DNA from: Myxococcota bacterium
GTDB lineage: Bacteria; Myxococcota_A; UBA9160; UBA6930
NCBI GenBank assembly: GCA_965223415.1
Contig: OZ245002.1
Span: 3,328,001 to 3,392,000, forward strand
Length of the DNA: 64,000 bases
Direction of reading: 5' to 3'
The notes under the pieces were generated by a model. It was not told the origin of the DNA. It saw only the letters and a program-made list of their open reading frames with translations, and made no database searches. Position 1 is the first letter of the stretch, and every line of letters begins with the position of its first letter. Positions 24,235 through 33,674 of this stretch are shown here, one piece after another. A program made the position numbers and the translations under genes.

Positions 24235-25974
24235 TCACTTCTCTTCGAGGAGGGCTTCGTAGTGGGTGCGGGCTTCGGCGGCGGCGCGGAGGAGGGCGGG
24301 GCGGTTGCGACGGAGGTGCTCGAGGGGGATGGCGTCGGAGTAGGGGATCCAGTCCCATAGGGTCTGGTCTTCGATGCGGTCGTCGCCCAGGCGGGCCTCG
24401 AGGTCGGCGATGCGGGCGAGGGCCTCCCGGGCGCGGCGGTGGGTGTGGGGGCCGCGCTCGTGGCCCGGCAGCGTCAGGTAGATGGCGCCGGTGTGGGCGG
24501 CGCTGGGGCGCACGCCGCCCCGCTCCCGGTAGTAGGCTTCGCTCGTCTCGACCAGTTCGGCGAAGTCGAAGGCACGTCGGCCGATCTGCTCCGCGATCCA
24601 GCCGCCGAAACCTCCCGGGGCCTCGAAGACGACGGGCGTCTCGCCGAGCTTGTCGCCCCGCACGCGCAGGGCGAGCCAGCCCGCTTCGTCGAGCAGGGTC
24701 CGTGTCTCGACGCGGAGGTCGCCGGGCGCCGCCTCGCGGGTCGGCAGCGGCCGCGCCTCGCCGTTCACGACCAGCTCGACGTGCTGCACGTCGTCCCGCG
24801 TCGGGTCGAACCGCACCCGCGCACGCACCGTTGCCTGGAGGACGCCAGGCAGGGGAAGCTCGTCGCCGATCCCCGCATCCTCCACCTCCAGCTCGAGCAC
24901 CGGCCCGTTCGTCACGAACGTGCGCCCGGCGCGCACTGCCGCGACCATCGCGGCCCGATCCGGCGGCCCGTCCGCTCGCAGGTAGAAGCGCTCGCGCCCG
25001 GGAATGCCCGCAAAGGGCCCGCACGGGAAGTCCGTGCCGGCGGTCGGGGCGATGCGCAGGCCCAGATCGAGGAGGTCGTACCAGTCCCGGTACCACGGGA
25101 AGTCGAACTGCAGCACCTCGAGGAAGAAGGCCAGCTCCCGTGGCGCATCCAGGGTGAGGCCGGTGCGGGCAGCCCCGAGCCCCCAATGCGCGTAGCCCGG
25201 CAGCCCGTTCTGGCGCAGGCCTTCGCGGAAGGTCGTCTCGTACACGATGTAGGTGTCGCGCCGGTCCACCAGGGCGTCGGCGCCGAGGGTGATCGTGTGG
25301 CCGAGGAAGTGGGTGCGGGGATGCTCCTGGCCCGCGAAGAGCGTCGTGTCGCCGCGCCGGTACTCGCCGGCATCGCCGAAGGCCAGCTGGGGTGTCACGC
25401 TGATCTGGTCCACCGTGCCCATCTGCAGCAGGTTCGCGACGCGCAGGTCCTCGGCGGCCATCCACGTCGCGATGCGCTCCGAATCCGCCTCGCTGCGCCG
25501 CGTGATGTGGACGTGGTCGTCCACCGAGTACCATCCTTCCGAGGCGAGATCGGCCCAGCGCTCGAGGGGCACCTCCAGCCGGGTCTCCACGCCGGCCGTG
25601 ACCAGGGCCTCGTGCTCGGCCACGCGCACCTCGGGCCCGCGGAAGACGCGCAGGCGGTAGCGACCAGGGGGCAGGTCGAGGGCTCCCTCGCCGGTGAGGT
25701 AGAACTGGTCGGTGCCCGTGGGCCCGTTCGGGATGCGGTCCGAGCGGATCATGCTCTCCGCCCACGCCGCCGGCGGTGCCATGAAGCACTCGAAGGTGAG
25801 GGGCAGGGCGTCGGGGGACACCCAGGCCGTGCCCCGCGCGTCGAGCAGCTCGAGCCGTGCCGGCACCGGCGGGCCGCCCTCGCCGTCCAGCACCCGGATC
25901 GCGAGGCGCCCGGTCGCCGGGGGCTCGGTGCACGCCAGCAGCAGGGCGACGAGGGGGACGGCCAGCTTCCTCAT
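24235..25974 (-). CDS. CehA/McbA-like (PHP-related) metallohydrolase, predicted lipoprotein
   Basis: Signal peptide with lipobox LLAC; GWYSVDDHVH, GQEH, GH, YAH, TAGTD, GRTFVTNGP, AHT motifs. Confidence 0.75.
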   Translation of the reverse strand: MRKLAVPLVALLLACTEPPATGRLAIRVLDGEGGPPVPARLELLDARGTAWVSPDALPLTFECFMAPPAAWAESMIRSDRIPNGPTGTDQFYLTGEGALDLPPGRYRLRVFRGPEVRVAEHEALVTAGVETRLEVPLERWADLASEGWYSVDDHVHITRRSEADSERIATWMAAEDLRVANLLQMGTVDQISVTPQLAFGDAGEYRRGDTTLFAGQEHPRTHFLGHTITLGADALVDRRDTYIVYETTFREGLRQNGLPGYAHWGLGAARTGLTLDAPRELAFFLEVLQFDFPWYRDWYDLLDLGLRIAPTAGTDFPCGPFAGIPGRERFYLRADGPPDRAAMVAAVRAGRTFVTNGPVLELEVEDAGIGDELPLPGVLQATVRARVRFDPTRDDVQHVELVVNGEARPLPTREAAPGDLRVETRTLLDEAGWLALRVRGDKLGETPVVFEAPGGFGGWIAEQIGRRAFDFAELVETSEAYYRERGGVRPSAAHTGAIYLTLPGHERGPHTHRRAREALARIADLEARLGDDRIEDQTLWDWIPYSDAIPLEHLRRNRPALLRAAAEARTHYEALLEEK

Positions 25975-26047
25975 GCTCCGGAGCATACGTCGTCCGGGAA
26001 GGGTCGGTGGGGTACGTTGGCCGGAACGGCCCACCACGGAGGACGCC

Positions 26048-27859
26048 ATGGAGCTCCGCACCTTCGGTCGCGATGTCGCCCACATCGATCTCGGCACGGG
26101 AGGCTGGCAGATGCGGCCCGCGCCCGCGGAGTGGGTGCGCAGCTACATCGGCGCCCGGGGCCTCGGCGTCCGCTACGTGCTCGAGGCGGGGCCCGAGGTC
26201 GAGCCGCTCGCGCCGGACAACGTGCTGTGCTTCATGAACGGGCCGCTCACGGGCAGCGAGGCGAGCATGAGCGGGCGCTGGGCCTGCGTGACGAAGTCGC
26301 CGCTCACGGGCACGGTCACCGACAGCCACCAGGGCGGCTGGACCGGCGCACGGCTGCGCTGGGCCGGCTTCGACGGGCTGGTGTTCGAGGGCCGGGCTCC
26401 TGCGCCGGTCTACGCCTTCATCGAGGACGGGGCCATCGAGCTTCGCGACGCCTCCGAGGTGTGGGGCAAGGGGATCCACGAGACGGTTCGCTTCTTCCAG
26501 GAGCGCTACGGCGAGAAGGACCTGTCGGTGAACGCTATCGGGCCCGCCGGCGAGAACCAGGTGCGCTACGCGGCCTGGGTGAACGAGGACGACCGGGCCT
26601 TCGGGCGCGGCGGCACCGGCGCCGTCGGCGGCGCGAAGCAGCTCAAGGCCATCGTCATCCGCGCGGGCAAGAAGAAGAGCGAGGGGCTCGACGCGGACGC
26701 CTGGAAGGAGGTCCGCCGCCACGCCCTGGACCGGATCCGGGACGAGGCCAACATCACGAGCCCGCGCAAGGGCGGCCTCTCGGTCTACGGGACGAACGTG
26801 CTGATGAACGTCACGAATACGATCGGCGCCCTCGGCACCCGCAACAGCCAGCTCACCAGCTTCGGCGATCGGGCCGAGAAGATCAGCGGTGAATTCGTGG
26901 AGCAGAACCTCCTGACCGGTAACCCCACTTGCCACGCCTGCCCGGTCGCGTGCAAGAAGGAGGTGGAGATCAAGGAGGGGCCCTGGGCAGGCCTCAAGAT
27001 GGAGAGCGTCGAGTACGAGCCGGCCTGGAGCCTGGGCGCCAACTGCGACAACGACGACGTCGCCGCTGTCGCGAAGCTGATCGACCAGTGCAACGACCTG
27101 GGCATGGACCCGATCGAGCTGGGCAACGCGCTCTCCGTGTGGATGGAGGCCAGCGAGAACGGCTGGGTGCCCGCCGGCCAGGAGCTCACCTGGGGCGACA
27201 CCCAGGCGATGGTCGCCGTGGCCGAGGACATCGCGGTGCGGCGGGGCTCCGGCAAGGCCCTGGGCGAGGGCCCTGCCCGCGCGGCCGCCGAGCTCGGCCA
27301 CCCGGAAGTCGCCATGGCCGTGAAGGGCCAGGCGGTACCCGCCTACGACCCGCGCGGTCTCAAGGGCATGGGCCTGGGCTACGCCACGAGCAACCGGGGC
27401 GCCTGCCACCTGCGCGCCTACGTGGCCGCCGCCGAGCTCGGCGTCGTGCCGATCGAGGCCGACCCCCTCGAGTGGCGGGGCAAGGGCGAGCTGGTCAAGA
27501 CCTTCCAGGATCTGCACGCCTTCTCGGACAGCCTCGACCTGTGCAAGTTCAGCGCCTTCGCCGAGGGCGCCGACGAATACGCGGCCCAGTACGCCACCGT
27601 CCTGGGCCTGCCCTTCGGCCCCGAGGATGTGATGCGGGCGGGCGAGCGCATCTACAACCTGGAGCGCCACTACAACAACCGTGCCGGCGTCGAGGCGGAT
27701 ACGCTCCCGGCGCGCTTTACCGAAGAGGCGTCGACCCAGCCCGGATCCGAGGGCCACGTCTCGGAGCTCGCCTCCATGCTGGCGGAGTACTACGCGGCGC
27801 GGGGCTGGAAGGATGGGGTGGTCCCCGAGGCCAAGCTCGAGGAGCTGGGCATCGTCTAG
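26048..27859 (+). CDS. aor: Aldehyde:ferredoxin oxidoreductase (AOR family, tungstopterin)
   Basis: YIGARGLG, KSPLTG, IGPAGEN, GRGG.GAV.G.K.LKAI, CHACPVAC, EYE, GMDPIE, VKGQ..PAYDPR, RGACH, DSLDLCKF. Confidence 0.92.
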   Translation: MELRTFGRDVAHIDLGTGGWQMRPAPAEWVRSYIGARGLGVRYVLEAGPEVEPLAPDNVLCFMNGPLTGSEASMSGRWACVTKSPLTGTVTDSHQGGWTGARLRWAGFDGLVFEGRAPAPVYAFIEDGAIELRDASEVWGKGIHETVRFFQERYGEKDLSVNAIGPAGENQVRYAAWVNEDDRAFGRGGTGAVGGAKQLKAIVIRAGKKKSEGLDADAWKEVRRHALDRIRDEANITSPRKGGLSVYGTNVLMNVTNTIGALGTRNSQLTSFGDRAEKISGEFVEQNLLTGNPTCHACPVACKKEVEIKEGPWAGLKMESVEYEPAWSLGANCDNDDVAAVAKLIDQCNDLGMDPIELGNALSVWMEASENGWVPAGQELTWGDTQAMVAVAEDIAVRRGSGKALGEGPARAAAELGHPEVAMAVKGQAVPAYDPRGLKGMGLGYATSNRGACHLRAYVAAAELGVVPIEADPLEWRGKGELVKTFQDLHAFSDSLDLCKFSAFAEGADEYAAQYATVLGLPFGPEDVMRAGERIYNLERHYNNRAGVEADTLPARFTEEASTQPGSEGHVSELASMLAEYYAARGWKDGVVPEAKLEELGIV

Positions 27860-27868
27860 CGAGCCCCC

Positions 27869-28144
27869 GTGAAGGCCACCTTCTACGCCACCCTGCGCCC
27901 GATCGTGGGCGCGCGCAGCGTCGAGATCGATCTCGCGCCCGGCGCCACGGTCCAGACCTTGATCGAGCTCCTGGCGGGGCGCTGGCCCGGGCTGCGCGAG
28001 CATCTCTTCACCGACGAGGGAGGCCTCTCGCGCCGGGTGAACGTGTTCGTGAACGGCCGCAACGTGCGTTGGCTGGAGGGAGGGGCCACGCAGCTGGACG
28101 GTGTCGGCGAGGTGGACTTCTTCCCGCCGGTCGCCGGAGGTTAG
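27869..28144 (+). CDS. MoaD/ThiS-family ubiquitin-like sulfur carrier
   Basis: FYATLR, VFVNGRNV, C-terminal FPPVAGG; directly after AOR. Confidence 0.9.
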   Translation: MKATFYATLRPIVGARSVEIDLAPGATVQTLIELLAGRWPGLREHLFTDEGGLSRRVNVFVNGRNVRWLEGGATQLDGVGEVDFFPPVAGG

Positions 28145-28400
28145 GCGGGGCCGGCCCCGGCCGACCGGCGCGTCGTTCCACCAGCCACGGTGACGGCTTC
28201 GAGCCGCCGTCGTGCGCGACCGGTCGCCACCTTGACCGACGCCTCGGAGCAGTGCAGCAGGCTCGCCGTCTCCTTCACGCTCCGCTCGAAGGCGCCGCGG
28301 AGCGGGAGGATCGAGGCTTCGCGAGGCGGCAGCGTACGCAGGCAGGCGAGTCCCCCGGGCCTCGAGCTCCCGCACGGTGGGCTCCGGCTCGTTCACCGCG
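28141..28400 (-). pseudogene. Remnant of ECF sigma factor (region 4 only), not in ORF track
   Basis: Manual translation: LACLRTLPPREASILPLRGAFERSVKETASLLHCSEASVKVATGRARRRLE...stop at 28141; no region 2 recognised; apparent frameshift near 28355. Confidence 0.65.
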
Positions 28401-28545
28401 ATCCCCGCCGCCGGCGGCGCTGGCCCTCCCGCCGGCCCCAGTCGATCCCCGTGTACTTCGGGCAGAAGGCGGGTTAGCCCGGGCCGGGTGCCTGGCGCCG
28501 ACCAGCGTCCTATCCTCCGGCGTTCTTCACCGAGAGGAGCGCCCC

Positions 28546-29994
28546 GTGAGCAGCGAATACGGCGTCGTCGACGCGAGCACCATCTCCAGCTGGGACGAGG
28601 AGGCGGACGTGGTCGTCGTTGGCCTCGGCTCGGCGGGCAGCTGCGCCGCCATCGAGGCGCGGGAAGCCGGCGCCGACGTGCTGGTGCTCGAGCGGGCCAG
28701 CGGCGGCGGTGGGCTCACGGCCTCCGCGGCGGGGCATCTCTACATGGGCGGCGGCACCCGGGTGCAGAAGGCCGTCGGCATCGACGACAGCGTCGAGGCC
28801 ATGTTCACCTACCTCATGGCCGTGACGCCCGAGCCGGACGAGGAGAAGATCCGCCTCTACTGCGACGAGAGCGTCGAGCATTTCGACTGGCTGGTGGCGC
28901 AGGGCGTTCCCTTCAAGGACAGCATCCACCGCGAGAAGAACGTGGTGCAGATGACCGACGAATGCCTGATCGAGTCGGGCAACGAGGCGGCCTGGCCCTT
29001 CGCCGACATGGCGAAGGCGGCGCCCCGCGGCCACAAGGTGGCCATGGAGGGTGAAGCCGGCGGCGCGAAGCTGATCGAGAAGCTGGTCGAGGCGGCGGAG
29101 AAGCTCGGCGTGCGGATCACCACCGACGCGGCGGTGAAGCAGCTCGTGCGCGAGGGAGAGCGGATCGTCGGCGTTCGCTACAAGGGCTTCGAGGGCGAGC
29201 GCTGCGTGCGCGCCCGCAAGGGCGTCATCCTCGCCGCCGGCCAGTTCGGCATGAACCCGGAGATGGTGAAGCGCTACTGCAAGAACCTGTCCGACGACCG
29301 GATCGAGAAGCAGGGCTCCACCTTCGACGACGGCGTCGGCCACCAGCTCGGCGAGGCCGCCGGCGGCGTGCTCGACCACATGGACGGCAACCTGGTCACG
29401 TCGCCCTTCTACCCGCCGGAGAAGCTCATCTACGGAATCCTCGTCAACAAGAACGGCGAGCGCTTCGTCAACGAGGACTCCTACCACTCGAAGACCAGCA
29501 TCATGTGCCTCGAGCAGCCGGACGGCGTCGCGTACCTCATCGCCGACGATTCCTTCTACGAGCGCCCGCTCTTCCAATGGCAGGAGCTGGTCGACGCCTG
29601 GGATGACGTGGCCAGCATGGAGAAGGACCTGGGCATGCCCGAGGGCTCGCTGCAGGCGACGATCGCCGCCTACAACGAGAACGCGGAGAAGGGCGAGGAC
29701 CCCACCTTCCACAAGTCGGCGAAGTGGCTGAAGCCGCTCGTGAACCCGCCCTACGCGGCCCTCGACATGTCCGTCGGCAAGGCCAACTACGTGGGCTTCC
29801 CCCTCGGCGGACTGCGGGTGACGATCGACGCCGAGGTCGTTCGCGAGGACGGCTCGGTGGTCGCGGGCCTCTATGCCGTGGGCGGCTGTGCGTCGAACCT
29901 CGCCCAGGACGGGCTCGGCTACTCGAGCGGCACCTGCATCGGCGAGTCGACCTTCTTCGGCCGGCGCGCCGGCCGGCACGTGGCGAAGGGCTGA
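28546..29994 (+). CDS. FAD-binding dehydrogenase, 3-ketosteroid dehydrogenase/SdhA-like family
   Basis: WDEEADVVVVGLGSAG..AA, GGGT.VQ, ARKGVILAAG.F, GERFVNED, GGLRV, GLYAVG, SGTCIG...FFGRRAG; GTG start with SD GAGAGGA. Confidence 0.8.
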   Translation: MSSEYGVVDASTISSWDEEADVVVVGLGSAGSCAAIEAREAGADVLVLERASGGGGLTASAAGHLYMGGGTRVQKAVGIDDSVEAMFTYLMAVTPEPDEEKIRLYCDESVEHFDWLVAQGVPFKDSIHREKNVVQMTDECLIESGNEAAWPFADMAKAAPRGHKVAMEGEAGGAKLIEKLVEAAEKLGVRITTDAAVKQLVREGERIVGVRYKGFEGERCVRARKGVILAAGQFGMNPEMVKRYCKNLSDDRIEKQGSTFDDGVGHQLGEAAGGVLDHMDGNLVTSPFYPPEKLIYGILVNKNGERFVNEDSYHSKTSIMCLEQPDGVAYLIADDSFYERPLFQWQELVDAWDDVASMEKDLGMPEGSLQATIAAYNENAEKGEDPTFHKSAKWLKPLVNPPYAALDMSVGKANYVGFPLGGLRVTIDAEVVREDGSVVAGLYAVGGCASNLAQDGLGYSSGTCIGESTFFGRRAGRHVAKG

Positions 29995-29998
29995 GGCG

Positions 29999-31288
29999 TC
30001 ACTCCGGCCAGCGCTCGATCACCCCGCTCTTCATCACGAAGTCGATGCGCTCGAGGACGGTGACGTCCGCCGCCGGGTCGCCGGGGGCGGCCACCACGTC
30101 CGCGAGCTTCCCCGCTTCGAGGCTGCCGAGTCGGTCCGAGACGCCGAGCAGCTCCGCCGCGCTCCGGGTGGCAGCGCGGATCGCCTCCAGGGGCGGCATG
30201 CCGGCCTCTACCATCAGGGCAAACTCCCTGGCGTTCTCGCCGTGGGGGGAGACGCCGGTGTCGGTACCGAAGGCGATCTTCACGCCGCGCTCGTAGGCGC
30301 GACCGAAGGTGACGCGGATCTTCGGGCCGATGGACGCGGCCTTCGGCCGTACCGCCTCGGGGAAGAAGCCCGGGATCTCCGCCTTCTCGGCCACCCACTC
30401 CCCGGCCAGGATGGTCGGGACGTACCAGGTCCCGTGCTTCCGCATCAGATCCATGCCCTCGTCGTCCATCAGCGTGCCGTGGTCGATGGTGTGGACGCCG
30501 GCTCGGACCGCACGGCGGATGCCCTCGGCCCCGTGGGCGTGCGCCGCGACGTGCAGGCCGTAGTCCTGCGCGGTCCCGACGATCGCCCCCAGCTCCTCGT
30601 CGGTGAACTGCGGGTTCTGGCCGCTCTTCGCCACGCTGAGGACGCCACCCGTGGCGGTGATCTTGATCAGGTCGGCGCCGTTCTTGTAGCGCTGGCGCAC
30701 GGCCTTGCGGGCCTCTTCGGGGCCGTTGACGACCCCGGCCTCGGCCCCCGGGTCGCCCATCAGGTCGCGGCGCATGCCGTTGGTGGGGTCTGCGTGTCCG
30801 CCGGTGGTGGCGATCGACTTCTCCGCCGCGAAGATCCGCGGGCCGCGAACGATGCCGGCGCGGATGGCGCTACGCAACGCCACCACGGCGCCGCCGCGCC
30901 CACCCAGATCGCGCACCGTCGTGAAGCCGGCGCGCAGGGTCTTCTCCCCGTTCGCGACCGCCCGGATGGCGTAATCCGTCGCATTCAGGGTGAAGCGCTC
31001 CACGTTCGACCGGGCGCTGTACTCCGCGCTCAGGTGGACGTGCATGTCCATCAGGCCGGGCATGCAGGTGTGGCTGCGGAGGTCGACCTCCCGGCTTCCC
31101 CCCACCGGCGGCGCCCCGTCGAGCACTGCGCGGATCCGGTCGCCGTCGACGACGATCGTCGACGGGCCGCGCAGGGCGGCGTTCTCCGCGTCCACCCGTC
31201 CGCCGCAGCGCAGGGCGACGATCTCGGCCGCGGCGCTCGCGGAGGCGATCGTCAGAAGCAGGGCGAGAAGCGAGGTTCGTGCCGTCAT
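29999..31288 (-). CDS. Secreted metal-dependent amidohydrolase (prolidase/Xaa-Pro dipeptidase-like)
   Basis: Signal peptide; PGLMDMHVH, GFTTVRDLG, IKITATGGV, AAHAHG, IDHG, FGTD, GKLAD. Confidence 0.85.
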   Translation of the reverse strand: MTARTSLLALLLTIASASAAAEIVALRCGGRVDAENAALRGPSTIVVDGDRIRAVLDGAPPVGGSREVDLRSHTCMPGLMDMHVHLSAEYSARSNVERFTLNATDYAIRAVANGEKTLRAGFTTVRDLGGRGGAVVALRSAIRAGIVRGPRIFAAEKSIATTGGHADPTNGMRRDLMGDPGAEAGVVNGPEEARKAVRQRYKNGADLIKITATGGVLSVAKSGQNPQFTDEELGAIVGTAQDYGLHVAAHAHGAEGIRRAVRAGVHTIDHGTLMDDEGMDLMRKHGTWYVPTILAGEWVAEKAEIPGFFPEAVRPKAASIGPKIRVTFGRAYERGVKIAFGTDTGVSPHGENAREFALMVEAGMPPLEAIRAATRSAAELLGVSDRLGSLEAGKLADVVAAPGDPAADVTVLERIDFVMKSGVIERWPE

Positions 31289-31324
31289 GGGCGGGAGCTT
31301 GGCACAGGCCGCTATCCTGTCGCG

Positions 31325-31978
31325 ATGGCGCGGGCTCCGGCACGCAGCGTGGACGAGTCGGTCCACTACCTGAACACCCACGGCGCTCGGGTGGCGTACG
31401 ACCCGGCCTTCCTCGCGGAGCACGAAGCCCGCGAGCTCCTGCCCCGGCTCCTCGCAGAGCTCGAGTTCGACGCGCCGGAGGTCTCGCGAATGCGCCAGCC
31501 CTTCACGGGCCGATGGGTCGAGCTGCCGCGGCGCCAGGCTGGCTACGGCGATTCGGGCACCGCCTACGCCTTCTCCGGGAGCGAGGTGCCGGCGCGGCCC
31601 TGGACGCCGCTTCTCCGGGAGCTGCGCGCGCGGCTCCGCCAGGCGACCGACGTCGACCCCAACTACGTGCTCGCGAACCTCTACCGGAACGGGGCGGACC
31701 ACGTGGGATGGCACACGGACGACGAGCGCGATCTCGGCCCGGAGCCCCTGATCCTCTCGCTCTCCTTCGGCGCCACCCGCGATTTCCAGTTCCGCAGGCG
31801 CGGCGAAGCGGCACGGGCCTTCGACACGGTCAGCCTGCCCCTCGTCTCCGGGAGCCTGCTCGTCATGCGCCATCCCACGAACGCGAGCTGGAAGCACCAG
31901 CTGCCGCGCCGCGGGGGGAAGCGGCCGGAACGGGTGGGTCCGCGCCTCAACCTGACCTGGCGCTGGATCCACCGGTAG
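31325..31978 (+). CDS. AlkB-family 2OG-Fe(II) dioxygenase (ALKBH2/3-like)
   Basis: PRRQA.YG, NLYRNG.D.VGWH.D (HxD), SLSFGATR.F, WKH, RLNLTWR. Confidence 0.9.
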   Translation: MARAPARSVDESVHYLNTHGARVAYDPAFLAEHEARELLPRLLAELEFDAPEVSRMRQPFTGRWVELPRRQAGYGDSGTAYAFSGSEVPARPWTPLLRELRARLRQATDVDPNYVLANLYRNGADHVGWHTDDERDLGPEPLILSLSFGATRDFQFRRRGEAARAFDTVSLPLVSGSLLVMRHPTNASWKHQLPRRGGKRPERVGPRLNLTWRWIHR

Positions 31979-31991
31979 GAGGGAAGCCGTC

Positions 31992-32414
31992 ATGGAGCGA
32001 ACGGGAGGCTGCCTCTGCGGGGCGGTTCGCTACGAGCTCGACCACGAGATTGGGCCGCTCTTCAACTGCCACTGCCGCTTCTGTCGTCGCGCTCACGGAG
32101 CGGCGTTCGTGACGAGCACTGCGGTGCCGACCCGGGCGCTCCGCTTCACGAGCGGCGAGGAGGATCTCGCCCGCCACGGCGGGCGCTGGTTCTGCCGGCG
32201 ATGCGCGACCCGGCTCTTCAACCGCCTCGACACCCGGCCGGAGCTCACGGTCCTGATCGTCACGAGCCTCGACGAGGAGCCGAGCTCGGCGCCCGTCGTG
32301 CACGCCAACTGCGAATCCAAGGCGCCCTGGTACGAGATCCTGGGCGACACCCCGCGTTTCGACGACTTCCCGCCGGCGGCGAAGGCGATGATGGCCGGCC
32401 GCCCAGTGGACTAG
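31992..32414 (+). CDS. GFA/CENP-V family Zn-binding protein
   Basis: GGCLCGAVRY, CHCRFCRRAHGA, FCRRC, SKAPW. Confidence 0.9.
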   Translation: MERTGGCLCGAVRYELDHEIGPLFNCHCRFCRRAHGAAFVTSTAVPTRALRFTSGEEDLARHGGRWFCRRCATRLFNRLDTRPELTVLIVTSLDEEPSSAPVVHANCESKAPWYEILGDTPRFDDFPPAAKAMMAGRPVD

Positions 32415-32447
32415 CGTGGATCGGTTCCGGTCGCAGACGGGTCGCGC

Positions 32448-32640
32448 AGCCAGGGCCACCGGCGGCCGCGGCCAGGCCCTCAGCGGCGCCTGGGCGCGGG
32501 CCCGGCACCGCGACGCCTCGCCCAGATGCAGGGTGAGGTGGTCGCGAATCGCTCGCGCCCGCTCCCGGCCCACCCCGCGGACCGTCTCGAGCCGGCCGTT
32601 GTGGGTCGCGACCTCGAGGTCCTCCAGGGTCTCGGCGCAC
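32448..32640 (-). pseudogene. Fragment of a PolX-like helix-hairpin-helix protein
   Basis: ETLEDLEVATHNGRLETVRGVGRERARAIRDHL...RPPVA resembles the TLEDL..A...GRL..V.G.G HhH segment of family X polymerase-like proteins; flanks unrecognisable. Confidence 0.55.
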
Positions 32641-32752
32641 GCCCGCCTTCCTGGCAAGCCCGCCACGGACCAGCGTGTATCCAGCGCGCCCGTCCCACCG
32701 AGGAACGCCGGTTGGCACTTCACATTTCCGAGACCGGCTCTAGACTCGGCCG

Positions 32753-33667
32753 ATGCCGCGCCTGCGCAAGCCCCGAGCCGTCCGCCCGGGCGCCACCGTG
32801 GGCATCGCGGCGCCGGCGTTCCCCGTGGATGCGGGCCATCTCGAAGCGGGCGTCGCCGCGCTCGAAGGCGCGGGCTTCCGGGTGCGCCGCCGGGGCGATC
32901 CGACCCGCGCCCGCGGCTACCTCGCCGGGACCGACGGCGCCCGCGCCCGCCAGCTGATGGCGCTGGTCGACGATCCCCGGGTCGACGCCATCGTGTGCGT
33001 GCGCGGCGGCTACGGCTGCCAGCGAATGCTCGGCGGGCTCGACGCCGTGCGGGTCCGCGGCGCCGGCAAGCCCCTGGTCGGCTTCAGCGATGTCACGACG
33101 CTCCTCCTGTGGCAGCGGCGCCTGGCCGGCCTGGTCGGCTTCCACGGCCTCATGTTCAACGAGGCCCACGGCCCGGGTGCCGAGGAGCTGGCCTCCTTCG
33201 CTGCTGCCTTGGCCGGCGATCCCCAGCCGCCCTTCGAGGGCGAAGGCCGCCGCCGCGGCCTCGCGCGGGGGCGGCTCGCCGGTGGCTCGCTCACCCTGCT
33301 CGCGGCCAGTCTCGGCACGCCGTGGGAGGTCGACACCCGCGACACCATCCTGCTGCTCGAGGAGATCGGCGAGAAGCCCTACGCCCTCGACCGGCTGGTG
33401 ACGCAGCTGGCCTCCGCGGGCAAGCTCGCCCGGGTGCAGGGGGTCGGGGTGGGCCACCTGGTCGGCTGCTACGACAAGAAGCGCGCCCGGCCCGAGGCGG
33501 AGGAGGTGCTGCTCGAGCTCCTCGGGCCGCTCGGCGTCCCGATCGTCTTCGGCTTGCCATTCGGCCATCGGAGCCCGAACCTGACCTGGGCCATGGGGGT
33601 GCGCGCCGAGCTCGACGGGCGGCGCGGGACGCTGACGCTGCTGGAGAGCGGAGTCCAGAGGGGGTGA
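32753..33667 (+). CDS. ldcA: LD-carboxypeptidase (peptidase S66)
   Basis: YLAGTD..RA, RGGYG, GFSDVT (Ser), LLEEIGE (Glu), PFGH (His). Confidence 0.92.
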   Translation: MPRLRKPRAVRPGATVGIAAPAFPVDAGHLEAGVAALEGAGFRVRRRGDPTRARGYLAGTDGARARQLMALVDDPRVDAIVCVRGGYGCQRMLGGLDAVRVRGAGKPLVGFSDVTTLLLWQRRLAGLVGFHGLMFNEAHGPGAEELASFAAALAGDPQPPFEGEGRRRGLARGRLAGGSLTLLAASLGTPWEVDTRDTILLLEEIGEKPYALDRLVTQLASAGKLARVQGVGVGHLVGCYDKKRARPEAEEVLLELLGPLGVPIVFGLPFGHRSPNLTWAMGVRAELDGRRGTLTLLESGVQRG

Positions 33668-33674
33668 GAGGTCG

